Virus record (IMG/VR): IMGVR_UViG_2974793816_000001
Coordinates: 12,760-76,759 of that record
Reading direction: 5' to 3' (one strand)
Length of the DNA stretch: 64,000 bases
Origin: a virus
Lineage: Duplodnaviria; Heunggongvirae; Uroviricota; Caudoviricetes; Thumleimavirales; Hafunaviridae
Shown: piece after piece, positions 62,136 to 64,000 of the stretch
How positions within the stretch are numbered: position 1 is the stretch's first letter
Layout of the letters: each line of letters begins with the position of its first letter
Translations under genes and position numbers: made by a program
The notes under the pieces: generated by a model
What the model saw: the letters and a program-made list of their open reading frames with translations, nothing else
What the model was told of the DNA's origin: nothing
Database searches by the model: none

Positions 62136-64000
62136 TCACTACTGTCGTGGTTTGCTTAGCGAGGGTCTTAGACCCTCAAAGCGTCAATCCTCGTCAATTC
62201 GAGGTAGCTTCCGCTGGTTCCTTTACGTCTATCCTTCCCCGCCCCTTACGGGACGGGCCGAACATACTAACGAGCGTTTTAAACGTGACACTCATCCCTT
62301 TAGGCCGAATACTGTTGTCACTATGGCAGGGTCATCCTCAATTCTCAAAGAGTCTTTCGCGTTAATCGCTATGAGCTAAGCTCTTGACTACTATGTTCGT
62401 CGTCCTACGAACCTGTTTATGGCATAGACTTTCAGACCATAGGCTAAGCGCCTATTGTTTTAACCGTAACCGCAACCGAAAGTGGGTGGACTTCACATTT
62501 CCATAGCTGTCGCTAAGGACAGCCGGTTCGACAGTTTCGAGGCATTAATGCTCGATGTGTCTATTTTCGTCACTCTTTGCCCTAAGGGTCGCTCTTTGTT
62601 CGGGCCATACTCCCCCTGTTACCTGAAAATACACTCCGGGGCCGTCTCCCCGGTTTCGGGCCGTCACTACGAAACGGGCCGCTTTCGCGGGCCGGTTCCG
62701 TTCGGGCCGTACTTACGACGTAACGCCGGGAAACCCGTTCGGGGCCGGGCAGGGTTTTCACCTATGGTCACAAACCATAGTGTGCCTAACTACCCGGAGG
62801 GTTTCCTTTGTCGTTTCAGGGGCAGGGGCCGGTTTCACGGTTACAAACCGTTTCGCCGGGCCGCCCCTACTTTCCCGTCCCGGCCCCTATGGGCCGGTTC
62901 CGTCTCCCCGTACTAACACGGGCCTATGTGGTTTTGGGTCGTTTCGCACTATGTTCCGGTTTTAAACCCCGTCCGTGGGGATTAGCGATTAATTCGCCGG
63001 TATTCGTACTGATAGGTTACTGATACCCGGCCCCGGTATCCACACCGGGGTTTCCGGCCCCTAAGGGCCGTTTCACCGTGAAAGGCGGGCCGTCTCCGGC
63101 CCGTCTCCTACATTTCGTAAGGGTCAATTCGGCCCCGGTTCCGTCTCTCCGGGCGGCCCGTAACAGGGGCCGGAACCGGAGAAACCTACCCGAGACGTAC
63201 TTACCCGCCCCCGTCCGTTCGGGGGAGACGTAACGGTAATTCCGTCGTAAGGTGGCAACGAACTAACCAAAACCACCAACGCCGGGCGCATATGGCAACG
63301 CCGACGGAAAGCGGGAATTAAACCGCTTTTCCGGGGTTTCGGGGCCTTTTCCGCCGGGGAGTGTATCCCCCGGCCCATTTCAGGGGGCCGCCGTCCCGGT
63401 TAACATCAAACCGGGGCGGGCCGCCTTTCGCCGGGCGACATTCAACCAGAATACCCGGTTTCATATAAACCCGTCGATTCGGATTAGTATATAAAGACGG
63501 GAAACACCGGAAACGCCGAACGTGAAGGGTACAAGCCTCGATGCGGTAAAACACGGTAAACGGAAAAGAGGGAGATATACCCGAATATGGGTAAGGGTAG
63601 GGGGCCGGAGAGACGGGCCGGGACGGGGAGAGACGGGGAGAGACGGGACGGACGGGACGGACGGGGAGTAAACGGGGCGTACTTACCGATTCCGCCGGTT
63701 TCAGGGGCCGGAGAGATACCGGATAACGGCCCGTATGGACGGCCCGAGAGACGGGACGAGAGACGGCCCGCGCGGGACGGGGGCAGGGGGCCGGGCCGTA
63801 TCGAGAGACGGACGGGCAGGGACGGGCAGGGACGGGCCGGGGGCCGGGGCAGGGGCAGGGAACCAGCTACGAACAGGCAGGCACGCCGCCCGCGCGTAGG
63901 GCGGTCAGCAACGTACATATCCGAGGGTACAAGCCCCCACGACGGGACGGGACGGGGGCCGGTTAGAACATTGAGTGTCTTTCCGCACGCACAGTTTAGT
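62136..64000. repeat. non-coding, repeat-rich region (candidate genome terminus / origin / packaging region)
   Basis: 1.8 kb without credible ORFs. Dense short direct repeats (GAGAGACGG, GACGGGACG, GGGCAGGGACGG), GGGCCG/CCGG words and twin hairpins CTATGGTcacaaACCATAG and ACGGTTacaaACCGT. Confidence 0.5.

Noticed and set aside
63590-63900. Regularly repeated short units that might suggest a CRISPR array
   Set aside because: Units are 9-12 nt and contiguous or irregular, with no 25-40-nt repeats separated by unique spacers. Better explained as iterons or terminal repeats.

Overview
This window reads as a near-contiguous genome segment of a tailed haloarchaeal virus or provirus. The predicted proteins are acidic and the GC content is about 55-60%.

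Positions 1-14.3 kb (+ strand) hold a myovirus-type contractile-tail module. In order it encodes candidate sheath and tube proteins, two overlapping chaperone ORFs that may be joined by a +1 frameshift, a tape-measure protein, a hub, a gpV-like spike, a PAAR-like tip, gpW/J/I-like baseplate proteins and glycine-rich fibers.

Positions 15.6-41.4 kb carry replication and nucleotide-metabolism genes, mostly on the minus strand. These include a class II ribonucleotide reductase, a MmeI-like Type IIG restriction-modification enzyme next to a tyrosine integrase, and a 47-nt 3' fragment of tRNA-Thr(GGT) that looks like attP. They also include RtcB, dCTP deaminase, ThyX, family-B DNA polymerase, a TGT/DpdA-like protein, a Cas4-like nuclease, an archaeo-eukaryotic primase and a wHTH-metallophosphoesterase.

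Positions 41.4-44.0 kb (minus strand) hold four tRNA genes (Tyr, Asn, Gly, Arg) and one aberrant tRNA-like element, interleaved with small genes and an SPFH/prohibitin gene.

Positions 44-62 kb contain a LAGLIDADG-like ORF, a PD-(D/E)xK nuclease, an XPD-like helicase and a long array of small minus-strand ORFs, many of them zinc-ribbon proteins. Positions 62.1-64 kb are a non-coding, repeat-rich terminal or origin-like region.

Three recurrent non-coding element families stand out. One is a ~55-bp element with a palindromic TATA-like core in at least seven copies. The second is a GAACAA-CCTCGATGTGGTRAA box followed by short AT-rich direct repeats, in three copies. The third is a ~63-nt structured 5'-leader element in three copies whose architecture resembles a type II hammerhead ribozyme.

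My hand-counted coordinates disagreed with the ORF track by one base in places, so positions for features I located myself may be off by 1-2 nt.
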